Of a DNA stretch of 64,000 bases, positions 30,099 through 41,548 are shown piece after piece. Made by a program: the position numbers and the translations under genes. Within the stretch, counting starts at the first letter, position 1. Every line of letters starts with the position of its first letter. The notes under the pieces are model-generated. The model saw nothing but the letters and a program-made list of their open reading frames with translations, did not search any database and was not told the origin of the DNA. This DNA is from an uncultured Spirochaetia bacterium (GTDB lineage: Bacteria > Spirochaetota > JAHITG01 > CAZBCL01). Location: NCBI GenBank assembly GCA_964490645.1, contig CAZBCL010000002.1, positions 191,445 to 255,444 of the forward strand, given 5' to 3'.

Positions 30099-31173
30099 AG
30101 GATAGCTCCGGTTGATGTATCAATTTTACCATTGAACCGATAAGACTTTCAACTGCTAATCGTTTATTAATATTAAATGTTTCAATACGAAACACGGCAT
30201 GCTCCACTAACTGCATTAATTGATAAAGCCGTTCGCCTTTCTGAACCGGAATTGAACCGGCAAAGCGCATAATAACGTCCCCCGGAATACGGGGAGCATC
30301 ACTAATGCCGTTTTGAAAGCATAGCACATCAAATAACATTGTCATCATCAGATCAAACCATTGCCGTATCGGTTCAGGAGAACGATTGCCATGAATTGCG
30401 GCAGACAGCGCAAATAGTTTTCGTGGATCTTTTAATTGAGTAGTAATAATATCAAGTGTTGTTGTAAGCCAGTGAAGTGTTGTTGCATGATAGTGTTCAG
30501 CATATAAAAGCGCTTGTGCAATTGACCCATGAGCGAGCCGCGCGCATTCCCGCGCCGGTGCATCGTCAATGCCATGTATATCGGTCAGTAAGCTATACAC
30601 GGTTTCTTCCGGTAACGGTTTAAATGAAATTTTCATACATCGAGAACGAATCGTTGAGGGTATACGAAACGGATGAGAACTGATAAGACAAAACATGTTT
30701 CCCGGCGGCGGTTCTTCAAGCAGTTTTAAAAATGCATTTGCCGTCGAAAGATTCATACGATCCGCATTGTCAATAATGATAACCCGATTATTGCTTTCAT
30801 AAGACTGTACCGAAAGGCGTTTCTGCAGCATACGAACTATATCAACAGTAATATCCCGCTCACGATTGCCTGATGAGCCTTTCATCTCATTAAGCATAAC
30901 ATCGTCAATAAGCAGCATATCAGGGTGATTTCGATCACACACACGCTGATATACTTCAGCATTGAACTTGTTTTTTGTAAATCCGAAAAGCGCATCTCCC
31001 GCCGGCTGCAGTTGATAGGCAGCAACTACCAGCGCCGCGGTACGTTTTCCGACTCCTTCAGGACCGGTCAGCAGCACCCCACCGGTAAATTGTTTACGGT
31101 CAATAAACAATCGTGCCAGCTGCTCCAACGCATCATCTTGTCCTTTAATATATTGCTGTAATACATTTCTCAT
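30088..31173 (-). CDS. holB: DNA polymerase III delta' subunit
   Basis: GPEGVGKRT, HPD, IIDNADRM...ANAFLKLLEEPP and TIRSRC. Confidence 0.9.
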   Translation of the reverse strand: MRNVLQQYIKGQDDALEQLARLFIDRKQFTGGVLLTGPEGVGKRTAALVVAAYQLQPAGDALFGFTKNKFNAEVYQRVCDRNHPDMLLIDDVMLNEMKGSSGNRERDITVDIVRMLQKRLSVQSYESNNRVIIIDNADRMNLSTANAFLKLLEEPPPGNMFCLISSHPFRIPSTIRSRCMKISFKPLPEETVYSLLTDIHGIDDAPARECARLAHGSIAQALLYAEHYHATTLHWLTTTLDIITTQLKDPRKLFALSAAIHGNRSPEPIRQWFDLMMTMLFDVLCFQNGISDAPRIPGDVIMRFAGSIPVQKGERLYQLMQLVEHAVFRIETFNINKRLAVESLIGSMVKLIHQPELSYVT

Positions 31174-31240
31174 AATACGTGAAAGTATAATCTATTTATT
31201 AAAATTATGCCAGTATTTTATAGTCCCTGAAAAATTGACG

Positions 31241-31264
31241 GCAGCAGCAAACACATCCTGCTGC
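31241..31264. other. Intercistronic hairpin GCAGCAG-10-CTGCTGC at the yaaR stop
   Basis: 7-bp stem seen directly. Confidence 0.4.
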
Positions 31265-31749
31265 TATTTCCGTAGATCAATAAGTATTCCGCGTATATCA
31301 TCAATCGCGGCGGCAATAGAAAGATGGTCCTGTTCCCGTTGCATAATTTGTTCAGTTAATACTGCCAGTTTGTCATTAATGGTAACACGAACTTGAACGG
31401 GATCCTGAATAGTTGAACGCGGATGACGTTTCCCGCTTTCAAGGGCATAGGCATTTAATGCATGAGTAAGAAACGTGCCGATAAGAGTCGTATACCGTTC
31501 CAATTCATTGAGCGTCGGCACTGCTTTAAGACGCTCCCCCTGTTTTGCAAGGCGGTCAAGCAATGCATTGATTTCATGTTCGGTGTTTTCTGATTGAACC
31601 GTTGACAACTGCTCTTTAAACGAAGTCCCCGACATTTTCTTCTCAGCATCTTTTTTAATAATTGATTGAGAAGAAGCGGCACTGCCGCGTAACGGCGCTT
31701 TCGGGCGGTGCCGAAGATTATCCGATTCTTTACGTATCTTCATAATCAC
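31264..31749 (-). CDS. YaaR/DUF327 family protein
   Basis: SF...L, GERLK..PT..EL..Y and C-terminal IDDIRGILIDL; lies between tmk and holB as in Bacillus. Confidence 0.85.
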   Translation of the reverse strand: MIMKIRKESDNLRHRPKAPLRGSAASSQSIIKKDAEKKMSGTSFKEQLSTVQSENTEHEINALLDRLAKQGERLKAVPTLNELERYTTLIGTFLTHALNAYALESGKRHPRSTIQDPVQVRVTINDKLAVLTEQIMQREQDHLSIAAAIDDIRGILIDLRK

Positions 31750-32912
31750 CTCGGCGGATATAATTTCTTTTTCATAAGAATTATTTTTAACTTTGTATAC
31801 TGCGGATCATACCATACATGATCATAAACATATCCAAGCTGTGTATAATATTTCCTCAGTCCGACATCGTGTGCTATGAAACCAAGCCATGCTTCCCGGC
31901 AGGCATTCCGGCGCAGCATTGTTTCACAAAAACGAATCATTTGTATGCCAAACCCGCGGTGCCGGTAACGCGGTAATACCGTAAGACGTTTTATCTCACG
32001 AACTGAATCGTTAAATAATGCCGGACTTATGTTTACCGTTGCCACTGCTTTATTATTATAATAACCGATATATATATCTGCTGATTTCATTGCACTGCGA
32101 ATATCTGCTGCGCGAACATGTGCCGGATACTGTTTCCATTCTTCCGCTGTAAGGTTCAGTATTTTTTTATGCGGGGTATATCCGGTACGAAGAAGTGCGG
32201 CAATAGTGTCAGCATCTGAAACATGCGCTTTTGTTATACGTAATTTATTGGGTATAGTAATAGCACGATGATGACGTTCAAGTTCCGGCAATGTTGCTTG
32301 AAGAAGACGTACTGTCATTTCTTCTATCCCGGCATCTGCCTGAATACAGGTAATACGTTTCGGCCGTCGGCGAGCAAGAGTACGATACCCGGCAATAAGT
32401 TTTTTATGAAATGATACCGCTTCTTTCTCAAGGCGGTCGCCGCCCTTTCCGAATTCTTTATTCGCGGCTTTCGCGCGTTTCAGTCCGCGCAATGCAGTAT
32501 CCATCAGCATTAATGTTATATTCGGTATATTCTCACGAACAACAATACGGTTTAATTTTTCAGTCAGCGTCAAACCAAGACCACGCCCGAATCCCTGATA
32601 GCTATTCGTCGCATCCATAAATCTGTCTGAAATAACAATCATCCCTTCAGCAAGATGCGGCGCAATAATTTCATCGCAATGCTGAGCACGATCGGCACAA
32701 TATAAAAATAATTCAGTGATTGGCGTAATCGCATTATGACGCGGATCGAGAAGAAGCGCGCGAATTTTTTTCCCGATAGCTGTTGCCCCCGGTTCCCGTG
32801 TAATGATAACCGGATATCCCCGCTGCATCAGTTCGTCGGCAAGCCGTTGGACCTGTGTTGATTTCCCGACACCTTCCGAACCTTCGATAGTAATAAAAAA
32901 ACCGCGTTTCAT
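31746..32912 (-). CDS. tmk: Thymidylate kinase fused to a C-terminal GNAT acetyltransferase
   Basis: FITIEGSEGVGKST, TREPG, ADRAQH, SDRF and YQG, followed in frame by LTVLPRYRHRGFG and YYTQLGY (GNAT motifs A and B). Confidence 0.9.
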   Translation of the reverse strand: MKRGFFITIEGSEGVGKSTQVQRLADELMQRGYPVIITREPGATAIGKKIRALLLDPRHNAITPITELFLYCADRAQHCDEIIAPHLAEGMIVISDRFMDATNSYQGFGRGLGLTLTEKLNRIVVRENIPNITLMLMDTALRGLKRAKAANKEFGKGGDRLEKEAVSFHKKLIAGYRTLARRRPKRITCIQADAGIEEMTVRLLQATLPELERHHRAITIPNKLRITKAHVSDADTIAALLRTGYTPHKKILNLTAEEWKQYPAHVRAADIRSAMKSADIYIGYYNNKAVATVNISPALFNDSVREIKRLTVLPRYRHRGFGIQMIRFCETMLRRNACREAWLGFIAHDVGLRKYYTQLGYVYDHVWYDPQYTKLKIILMKKKLYPPR

Positions 32913-33403
32913 GCTTATAGTTATAATCAATACTCCGTGTTTTTCAATTATAATTTTACATAATACCAATAGCACTGAAAATAATATACACAACTGCTGA
33001 TATCAGCACAGCGGCTACATCAGATACCGTTATCATATATTTCATCTGCATATAAAGAAAGGCTGTGCCGGTATATAATACAACAGCATTGATCTGCTAT
33101 TATTCAGATACACTGCGTATAATTCTATTATGCAAAGCATCAGATGAACAAAATACCGCTGCACCTGAGGAATACAAATGCAAATTCGTTTCAAAGCATA
33201 TTACACAATCATCTTCGTTATGCTTTCAAGAAAATTTTAAAGACGCAGTCATCTGAAAACGCATTCGGGTAGTATTATAGTATCGGATCGCAATATTCCG
33301 GCAGAGCAGTAAATGTATACCCCTCATTGTAGTGGTACACTGATACCATATCCACCTATGTATGAAAAACCAATACTGTTTAACCGGATTGCTGAAGCCT
33401 GTT

Positions 33404-34939
33404 TTAATAGGGCTGCATAAGAATAACCGTATCCGGTTCACGCGGTGCTATTGCTGATTGCGGCAAGTGCAATTCCCACAGTTTACGTGCCGCTCCGCGT
33501 AAATCATACCCGGTAAATAATTTTTTCTCTTTATCATATACCACTGCATACGGTGCAGCAACAATGGCAGGAAATTTCGGCAGATCGCCAATACCACCAA
33601 GACGATATCTGATTGTTTCACGAATTAATGATTCATCATTATATATTTCCGACGGAAAGGTAGTACCGTCAAGTGTATTCATTGTTTTTCCGTCAAACTC
33701 ATAAATATTAATAACATTATATGCTTTTTGTGAATCCGATTTATTATCAATAATACACGCAAGATACGTTCGTTCTCCGACTGTAAAAATACGATAGACT
33801 GCACGGTTTTCTTCAGCCGGCAAACGAATTACATATTCAAAATGTATCGGTGGATAGACTTTATTAACACGCGGATTATATACACGTATGTCTAATTTAT
33901 TTACTTCGTCACCGGCTTTATTGATAATTTGACGTTTCTCTTCGTATGCGATCAGCAATCCGTTTCGATAGATGGTTTTCCTGATTGTTGTTGAACGTTT
34001 TGTTTTTGCGGTATACGCTTTGCCGAAATAATAAGAATCAAGTTCAACGGTTGTAATTTCCGGTCTCTTCCGGTTTATCGTATAATACTTATTTGCTGAT
34101 TTTTCATAAAATAACAATGCCGTATCATCGCATGAAATAATATTCCACGTTAGCGGTGTCCAATCCTCCGTTTTCTTTATTTCAACAGCATTTTTATATT
34201 CTGTGCCATTCGGAATAAAGAGTTTTATTTTATCAGGAGAGAAGAAAACAAGATAATCGCCAACAAAACGATACTCAAATGTTTTACCCCCATACGATGG
34301 ACCACGTGCAGGCAACAGCCATGTTTTATTCAGCGGCAAACGATCAACATCGGCAATGGCAACACCATCATTCCCTTTTTGGAAATGATCATCAACAACG
34401 GAGGTGTTAACATAACTATCCCACATATGACCGCTTGCGGCATTTTTTGCACTCCGGTATACTTCTTCAATCGGTCGTGCTTTCATATACGTATCACTGG
34501 TATATATCACCCAAAGATCTTTATAACGAAACTTTAATAAATCTGAAGCAGGATCAAGAAATACATAATTCATAAACATCGGCGCAATGGGATTTTCAGC
34601 ATTTTTATCAGATGACACCGGAATAAATGATCGTCCGTGTAAACGCGCCGCTTCTAATAAATAATCCCCGGCATCACCGCAGGCATTATTGCCTTCTTCC
34701 TTTCGGACGTCAGCTACTTTGCGTTTTAAATATGCATATGCTTTACTATTTACTTCATTCCCGTTTTGCAGTGAATATATTTTCCCGCTGCAGGCAACAT
34801 ACTGCTTCGTAAAAGCAATGGGAAGATCATCTGCATTCGGATCTGCTCTGCCAATTTCCTGTAAATCAAATACAGCAAACGACACTGCAAGACTGCTCAG
34901 CACTATAATCATCATTACAATACAATGTTGTATTTTCAT
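33404..34939 (-). CDS. Exported hypothetical protein (511 aa, beta-rich)
   Basis: Signal peptide (…SLA|V); no family recognised. Confidence 0.7.
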   Translation of the reverse strand: MKIQHCIVMMIIVLSSLAVSFAVFDLQEIGRADPNADDLPIAFTKQYVACSGKIYSLQNGNEVNSKAYAYLKRKVADVRKEEGNNACGDAGDYLLEAARLHGRSFIPVSSDKNAENPIAPMFMNYVFLDPASDLLKFRYKDLWVIYTSDTYMKARPIEEVYRSAKNAASGHMWDSYVNTSVVDDHFQKGNDGVAIADVDRLPLNKTWLLPARGPSYGGKTFEYRFVGDYLVFFSPDKIKLFIPNGTEYKNAVEIKKTEDWTPLTWNIISCDDTALLFYEKSANKYYTINRKRPEITTVELDSYYFGKAYTAKTKRSTTIRKTIYRNGLLIAYEEKRQIINKAGDEVNKLDIRVYNPRVNKVYPPIHFEYVIRLPAEENRAVYRIFTVGERTYLACIIDNKSDSQKAYNVINIYEFDGKTMNTLDGTTFPSEIYNDESLIRETIRYRLGGIGDLPKFPAIVAAPYAVVYDKEKKLFTGYDLRGAARKLWELHLPQSAIAPREPDTVILMQPY

Positions 34940-34984
34940 ATTCTCTCTCCCGTATGATTAGTATAGCATATCACGATCATGTTA

Positions 34985-35452
34985 TTATACAAGACCGATG
35001 ATTTCCAGGGTATTAATACAGTACTGCAGTCCGATAATAATACATCCTGCTATTAAGACCGGCAGCGCATTTGTTTTGTTGCTGATAATATCAGACATAT
35101 GAACGATAATCAGCACAATCAGATATACGAATATTAATAAAATATTCAGTACGATAAATACAGAAAATATAAAGGCATCCTCACTGCCGCGAAACACGTA
35201 TCCCGTCAGCGACAACATCATGCTTGTTAATAAGGCATACAACATAACACGAGCGCCAAGCGTTTTATATACCGATCGTATCGTTGCCGAAGATCGCTGA
35301 TAGTGCCGGTAATCCCGCTCATGCAATAAAACGCTTGCCAGTGCCTGCTTTTTTTGTTTCGTTGTTAGTACCAATACGACTGTCAGCAGTACCCCGAAAA
35401 CAACCGGCACAACAATAGTAAGCATAAAAAATATAAAAAGTTCAAGATCCAT
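34985..35452 (-). CDS. Hypothetical membrane protein (about 4 transmembrane segments)
   Basis: Hydrophobic segments; ATG 35452 overlaps the end of the upstream gene. Confidence 0.65.
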   Translation of the reverse strand: MDLELFIFFMLTIVVPVVFGVLLTVVLVLTTKQKKQALASVLLHERDYRHYQRSSATIRSVYKTLGARVMLYALLTSMMLSLTGYVFRGSEDAFIFSVFIVLNILLIFVYLIVLIIVHMSDIISNKTNALPVLIAGCIIIGLQYCINTLEIIGLV

Positions 35453-36089
35453 CAGCTGCCCCAAGGTTATGGTATACTCTTTGCAGTTCTGAAGAGAGCG
35501 TATTTATTTTCGGCACATTAAACGGTCTGAAATACAATGATTGCATCATATCTCCCTGCAGCCGATACAAAAACCCGCGTGCAAACAAGTCTGTGCAATA
35601 CGATGCATTACTTTTTTCGATTGAAAGAATAGAGAGCGTATTTCGCGCAGCACGTTCATCATACAGCAGAGCATTCGGTAAATGTGCATACGAAAGTTCT
35701 GTTGTATTCGATATCGGCAGCATGCATGATACCGCAATCGTACACAATGCAATAAATTGTTGAGCAGTTCGGGTTGAGGTCAGATACGAACCAAGCGACG
35801 TCTTCCACATACGTTCACAATAATCAAATAATTGATGATACGGCATTATTAATGCAGCAGTAATAACACAATCAAATTGAAACCGGTTTAATTCCTCACA
35901 ACGCAATTGCACAACAGTATGTTTCTTAATATATAATTCAAAGCCATGCACGATATCCAAACAATCACCACGAAAACCGAGTATCTCTTCAGTTTGAGTA
36001 TGCGGATCATAGCTGACGGTTTCCAGATGCAGAATATTATTTTCGGTTTGCTGCGCATTCTGTATGCCTGTTTCAAAAATTAATGCCAT
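35442..36089 (-). CDS. Hypothetical protein (215 aa)
   Basis: Long ORF with plausible composition; no motif recognised. Confidence 0.6.
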   Translation of the reverse strand: MALIFETGIQNAQQTENNILHLETVSYDPHTQTEEILGFRGDCLDIVHGFELYIKKHTVVQLRCEELNRFQFDCVITAALIMPYHQLFDYCERMWKTSLGSYLTSTRTAQQFIALCTIAVSCMLPISNTTELSYAHLPNALLYDERAARNTLSILSIEKSNASYCTDLFARGFLYRLQGDMMQSLYFRPFNVPKINTLSSELQRVYHNLGAADGS

Positions 36090-36249
36090 ATCTGCCGTTT
36101 CCGTTGCTTAATGATACTGAAAAATATCATAGTCTATCGGAAAAATCAAGTCAGCAGAGCTGCTCTCCCGATAGTATAAAAACAAGCAATTCTGTTTTTT
36201 ATGAATGTATATCAGCAGTGATATAAAAATACCTTGAAAGAGAAAAGCA

Positions 36250-37380
36250 TTACCACAGATAATTCATCGGATCAACCGGAATACCGTTTGAACGTATTTC
36301 AAAATGCAGATGCGGAGTAGTACTTAATCCGCTATTCCCGGTACGACCGATAACCTGCCCCTGTTTTACCGTTCGACCGGTGCGAGTTAGAATACGACTT
36401 AAATGAGCATAGCGAGTTTGAAACCCATTATCATGATTAATATAAATCACCTTGCCGTAAGAACCGCCATTGCCGGTATAGGCAACAACACCATCAGCCG
36501 CCGACCAGCAGGGATGCCCGCTTGGTGAATGCAAATCAATCCCTTTATGCAATCGCACATATCCTAAAATCGGATGCATACGCATTCCGAATTTTGAACC
36601 AAGATATCCGGTTGACGGATTAATAAATTGACCGCGAATAGCAAGTGCTGCATGCATTTCAGGTGTATGCACCAGATGATGACATCCCGGAAGAATAAGC
36701 ACGTCTCCAATATGCGGCTGCAGCGGCCATAATAAATGATTATTTATACGGACCAGTTTCGTTGCAGCACCATACATATGCGCAATTTTTTTTATACTCT
36801 GCCCCTTACGAACATAATGCAGCGTTCCTTTCGTCAGAAGAACAACAATTTTTTCATCAATTCCTGCCGTAGTATTATGCCACTGCGGATTCGCTCCCAG
36901 CATTGTTTCAATATCAACCCCGTTTGATTTTGCAATAAGCCAGTAGTTTTCCCCTTTAACAACGGTATGAATAAATACTTGATTATTATTACCGCGAAAA
37001 TGATTAGTAACCGCACTTAAATAATCGGATTTCGGTATTTCGTTTTCCGGCCAGATCGTCCAATCAGAATCTGTGGTATCTGAACCGATCAGCTGTCCGG
37101 CAAAAACAATAGACGCCGCAATAATCCCCGCACAACCGACAGTGATAAGCACATTAATAAAACGCCGCAACGGCGGGTCTTCAATAAATCGGGCACGGCA
37201 TACTGTAGCCAGTGAAGAAATACAGGAGCTTGTGAAAGCACGAATACTGCTGAATATACCGGTATGACGTGTTTTTTTTAACGGCGGATGTGTATTCTTT
37301 ACATCATGTGCTGAAGATGATACCGATGAATCCGCATTATTTCGGATACCCGGTGTATTATCTGTAGTATCTGCCGGCAT
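36250..37380 (-). CDS. LysM-domain M23 peptidase
   Basis: Transmembrane segment, two LysM repeats (HTVVKGENYWLIAK; HYVRKGQSIKKIA), HKGID and PHLHFE. Start moved to ATG 37380, just after the upstream stop. Confidence 0.9.
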   Translation of the reverse strand: MPADTTDNTPGIRNNADSSVSSSAHDVKNTHPPLKKTRHTGIFSSIRAFTSSCISSLATVCRARFIEDPPLRRFINVLITVGCAGIIAASIVFAGQLIGSDTTDSDWTIWPENEIPKSDYLSAVTNHFRGNNNQVFIHTVVKGENYWLIAKSNGVDIETMLGANPQWHNTTAGIDEKIVVLLTKGTLHYVRKGQSIKKIAHMYGAATKLVRINNHLLWPLQPHIGDVLILPGCHHLVHTPEMHAALAIRGQFINPSTGYLGSKFGMRMHPILGYVRLHKGIDLHSPSGHPCWSAADGVVAYTGNGGSYGKVIYINHDNGFQTRYAHLSRILTRTGRTVKQGQVIGRTGNSGLSTTPHLHFEIRSNGIPVDPMNYLW

Positions 37381-37390
37381 AGTATTCTTT

Positions 37391-38179
37391 CTATTGATTA
37401 GTCCAACCATGTGCTGCAAGTGCACGGAGTTTGGTATATAATTCATTTGTCGTAAAAACCGGTTCAATAAGAACATAATACTGATTAGTATCAGTATGGG
37501 CTGATTGTGCGCCGGTATAATCAAATGTATCATCAAATGAACAGTTGATAATGTTTAAAACATTTGAATATACACGGCTGGTGGTATTATTTGTTATCGT
37601 TAATTTAAAATCATATGGAAACCCATATGAAAGCGCATTCGTTGAATAATTTACTGCAACGTTTGAAACCATGTTTAAACCTGCACTTCGCCATGATTCA
37701 AGTTTGGTATGCGCTGCTAATGTTGCATTAGTTGTTATGCCGCCATTTTTCCCCATATAGACAACACGCTGCTGCACCGGATGAGAATATATATTACCAA
37801 GACGATCAACAATTTCAATTTCCAGATTCCAAATACCGGGAATAGTATATACATATCCTTTCATTAACGAGTATTCAGTTGCATGTTCCTGTATATTATA
37901 TTTTTCATAAATATTAGTATAATCAACCGTATTGGGTTTTCTCAAACGGACAAGGATTTTATTAAACTCTTCATAATCTTTAAACGTAAATTGTTCAATG
38001 ATAACTTTTTCATACGCATACATTCGCGCCGGAACTTCTCCAACCGTAACTTCCGTTTCTTTTTGTTCATACGGTTTAAGCTGCGGAAATGCCGTACATC
38101 CCGCAATACAAATAATGATAAGCACCCCTGCAGATAATATTGTTTTTTTACCGTTCTTCATCTTCATACGTATTCTCAC
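37391..38179 (-). CDS. Putative lipoprotein, unknown function
   Basis: Basic N-terminus plus hydrophobic stretch ending IAG-C; GTGA overlap with the upstream gene. Confidence 0.7.
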   Translation of the reverse strand: MRIRMKMKNGKKTILSAGVLIIICIAGCTAFPQLKPYEQKETEVTVGEVPARMYAYEKVIIEQFTFKDYEEFNKILVRLRKPNTVDYTNIYEKYNIQEHATEYSLMKGYVYTIPGIWNLEIEIVDRLGNIYSHPVQQRVVYMGKNGGITTNATLAAHTKLESWRSAGLNMVSNVAVNYSTNALSYGFPYDFKLTITNNTTSRVYSNVLNIINCSFDDTFDYTGAQSAHTDTNQYYVLIEPVFTTNELYTKLRALAAHGWTNQ

Positions 38180-39234
38180 AATCTAAAGAAAAATCCGGCA
38201 CGCCCGACTGAACCGGAGGCATTATCTCCTAAAACATCATAGCCGAACCGAAATTTGAACCCTGAATGATAACCGATTGTTATAGAAAGCCCGAACTCAC
38301 TTCCCCATTCACGGGCATTATATTTATAGGTAGTATCCTGTCCTCGCACTGTTTGTGCAAGCATAAGCAGTGCAAATGTCGGTTGTGCATATATACCGAA
38401 ATAAAAATGCCCGGTATGCAGCGGCATCCATTCGCCAATCAGCGAAAGTCGGAATGACGTAAAAGAAAGTATTCCGGTATTCAGTGGAACATCGGTCAGA
38501 TCGCTGTTGATTTCCGTTGTTGTTTCATTACCAAGAAGATAATCAAACCCCATTCCAATACGCCAATCACTCAGTGAAATGCGATATTCACCGCTGACAC
38601 CCCAGTTTAAGCGTTTCGGCAATCCCCCGTCGGAAATATTGGTAACCAGAGATCGAAGTTGTTTTAAATCCATATATGTACCAAGAGCAGAAACAGCAAC
38701 TAAATGCCGAACCGTATCGGAACGACCGGTATACGGTGTTGTGGTATAAGTTAACTCATCATACATACTATTGAGAAAATCATTGCAGGTATTCTTTACT
38801 CTATACAACAATTCATCTTTATCATAAGCACGTACATCTGCTGTTCTATCCGCATCATGATGATACACATCAAGTAAATTTATTTCGAGTTGAAACTCCT
38901 CATCAAAAACCCGCAGCACAATAAACAATACCTTATCAGACTGTAATGCACGTCCGACTTCCCGCGCACACTGTGCATCAAAACATTCATCAACGCCAAT
39001 TTCATGCATCGTCCGATCAATCATTGATTCTCCCGCAACCGCAATATCATCAGCGTTTTTATAGAAAGCAATAATCTGTTCCAAAATCGTATCGGCCAAA
39101 TCATATTGTGTTTCGGGTGCAACAATTTGCAGTGGTACTATACGTATCACATCCGCCTGCGCAAATAATGAAGCAGTGCATATACTCATCACAAACACAA
39201 TTAAAAGAAAATATTTTCGCATAATAAAACCCAT
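38176..39234 (-). CDS. Putative outer-membrane protein: CsgG/TolB_N-like domain plus C-terminal beta-barrel
   Basis: Signal peptide (LFA|Q), a CFDAQCAREVGRAL motif, and an alternating aromatic/Gly beta-strand pattern ending GFFFRL. Confidence 0.55.
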   Translation of the reverse strand: MGFIMRKYFLLIVFVMSICTASLFAQADVIRIVPLQIVAPETQYDLADTILEQIIAFYKNADDIAVAGESMIDRTMHEIGVDECFDAQCAREVGRALQSDKVLFIVLRVFDEEFQLEINLLDVYHHDADRTADVRAYDKDELLYRVKNTCNDFLNSMYDELTYTTTPYTGRSDTVRHLVAVSALGTYMDLKQLRSLVTNISDGGLPKRLNWGVSGEYRISLSDWRIGMGFDYLLGNETTTEINSDLTDVPLNTGILSFTSFRLSLIGEWMPLHTGHFYFGIYAQPTFALLMLAQTVRGQDTTYKYNAREWGSEFGLSITIGYHSGFKFRFGYDVLGDNASGSVGRAGFFFRL

Positions 39235-39316
39235 ATTTTACTTATTAATACAAGAATACTATTATACATAGCACCCTATTGCAATACTTAATATATCATA
39301 ACATGCATGAACTTTC

Positions 39317-39356
39317 AAAAAAAAATCCCGACACCCGCGGAAACGGGAGTCGGGAT
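39317..39356 (-). terminator. Rho-independent terminator of groESL
   Basis: Minus-strand ATCCCGACTCCCG-TTTCCG-CGGGTGTCGGGAT followed by a T run. Confidence 0.9.
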
Positions 39357-39391
39357 CATTAGTCGTATATTGTTTATACGGCGTATGCGAA

Positions 39392-41050
<1,659 letters not shown>

Positions 41051-41070
41051 TTAATTTGCTTGCCGGCCGG

Positions 41071-41361
41071 TTAACTGACGATGGCAAGAATATCATCTTC
41101 ATTAAGAATTAAATATTCTGTATCGTTGTACTTAACTTCCGTGCCGCTGTACTTGCCGAATAGCACGACATCACCTTTTTTGACATCAATAGGACGACGT
41201 TCCCCGCTTTCAAGAATCGCACCGGGACCGACTTCAATTATTTTTGCCTGCTGCGGCTTTTCTTTCGCCGTATCGGGAATGATAATCCCGCCTTTAACTG
41301 TTTCCTGCGAATCGAGCACTTCTACAACAACCCGACCGCCCAGGGGTTTGATACCTGCCAT
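41071..41361 (-). CDS. groES: Co-chaperonin GroES
   Basis: KPLGGRVVV, GGIIIPDTAKEKPQ and KYSGTEV; AAGGAGG SD precedes ATG 41361. Confidence 0.98.
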   Translation of the reverse strand: MAGIKPLGGRVVVEVLDSQETVKGGIIIPDTAKEKPQQAKIIEVGPGAILESGERRPIDVKKGDVVLFGKYSGTEVKYNDTEYLILNEDDILAIVS

Positions 41362-41492
41362 AGGTATGACCTCCTTCAATAATAATTTTTTACGTATTAT
41401 ACATACGGTTATCGCCATTATACAGTGGCTTTGATTATCCGAAATATAGTAGCAGGCTAAAAGATATGCAAGGTCAATCCACTATTTTTTTA

Positions 41493-41521
41493 TTGAAATA
41501 GTTTTAAATTAAAACTATAAT
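41493..41521 (+). promoter_or_regulatory. marR promoter with an overlapping perfect 21-bp operator dyad
   Basis: TTGAAA-17-TATAAT; ATAGTTTTAA-A-TTAAAACTAT at 41498..41518. Confidence 0.8.
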
Positions 41522-41548
41522 TTATACATATAAAGGAATTTACTATCG

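Noticed and set aside
33226-33441. Frameshifted continuation of the 511-aa exported protein
   Set aside because: Neither alternative frame after the stop looks protein-like or extends convincingly.
41362-41490. CIRCE heat-shock element upstream of groES
   Set aside because: No TTAGCACTC-N9-GAGTGCTAA match on either strand.
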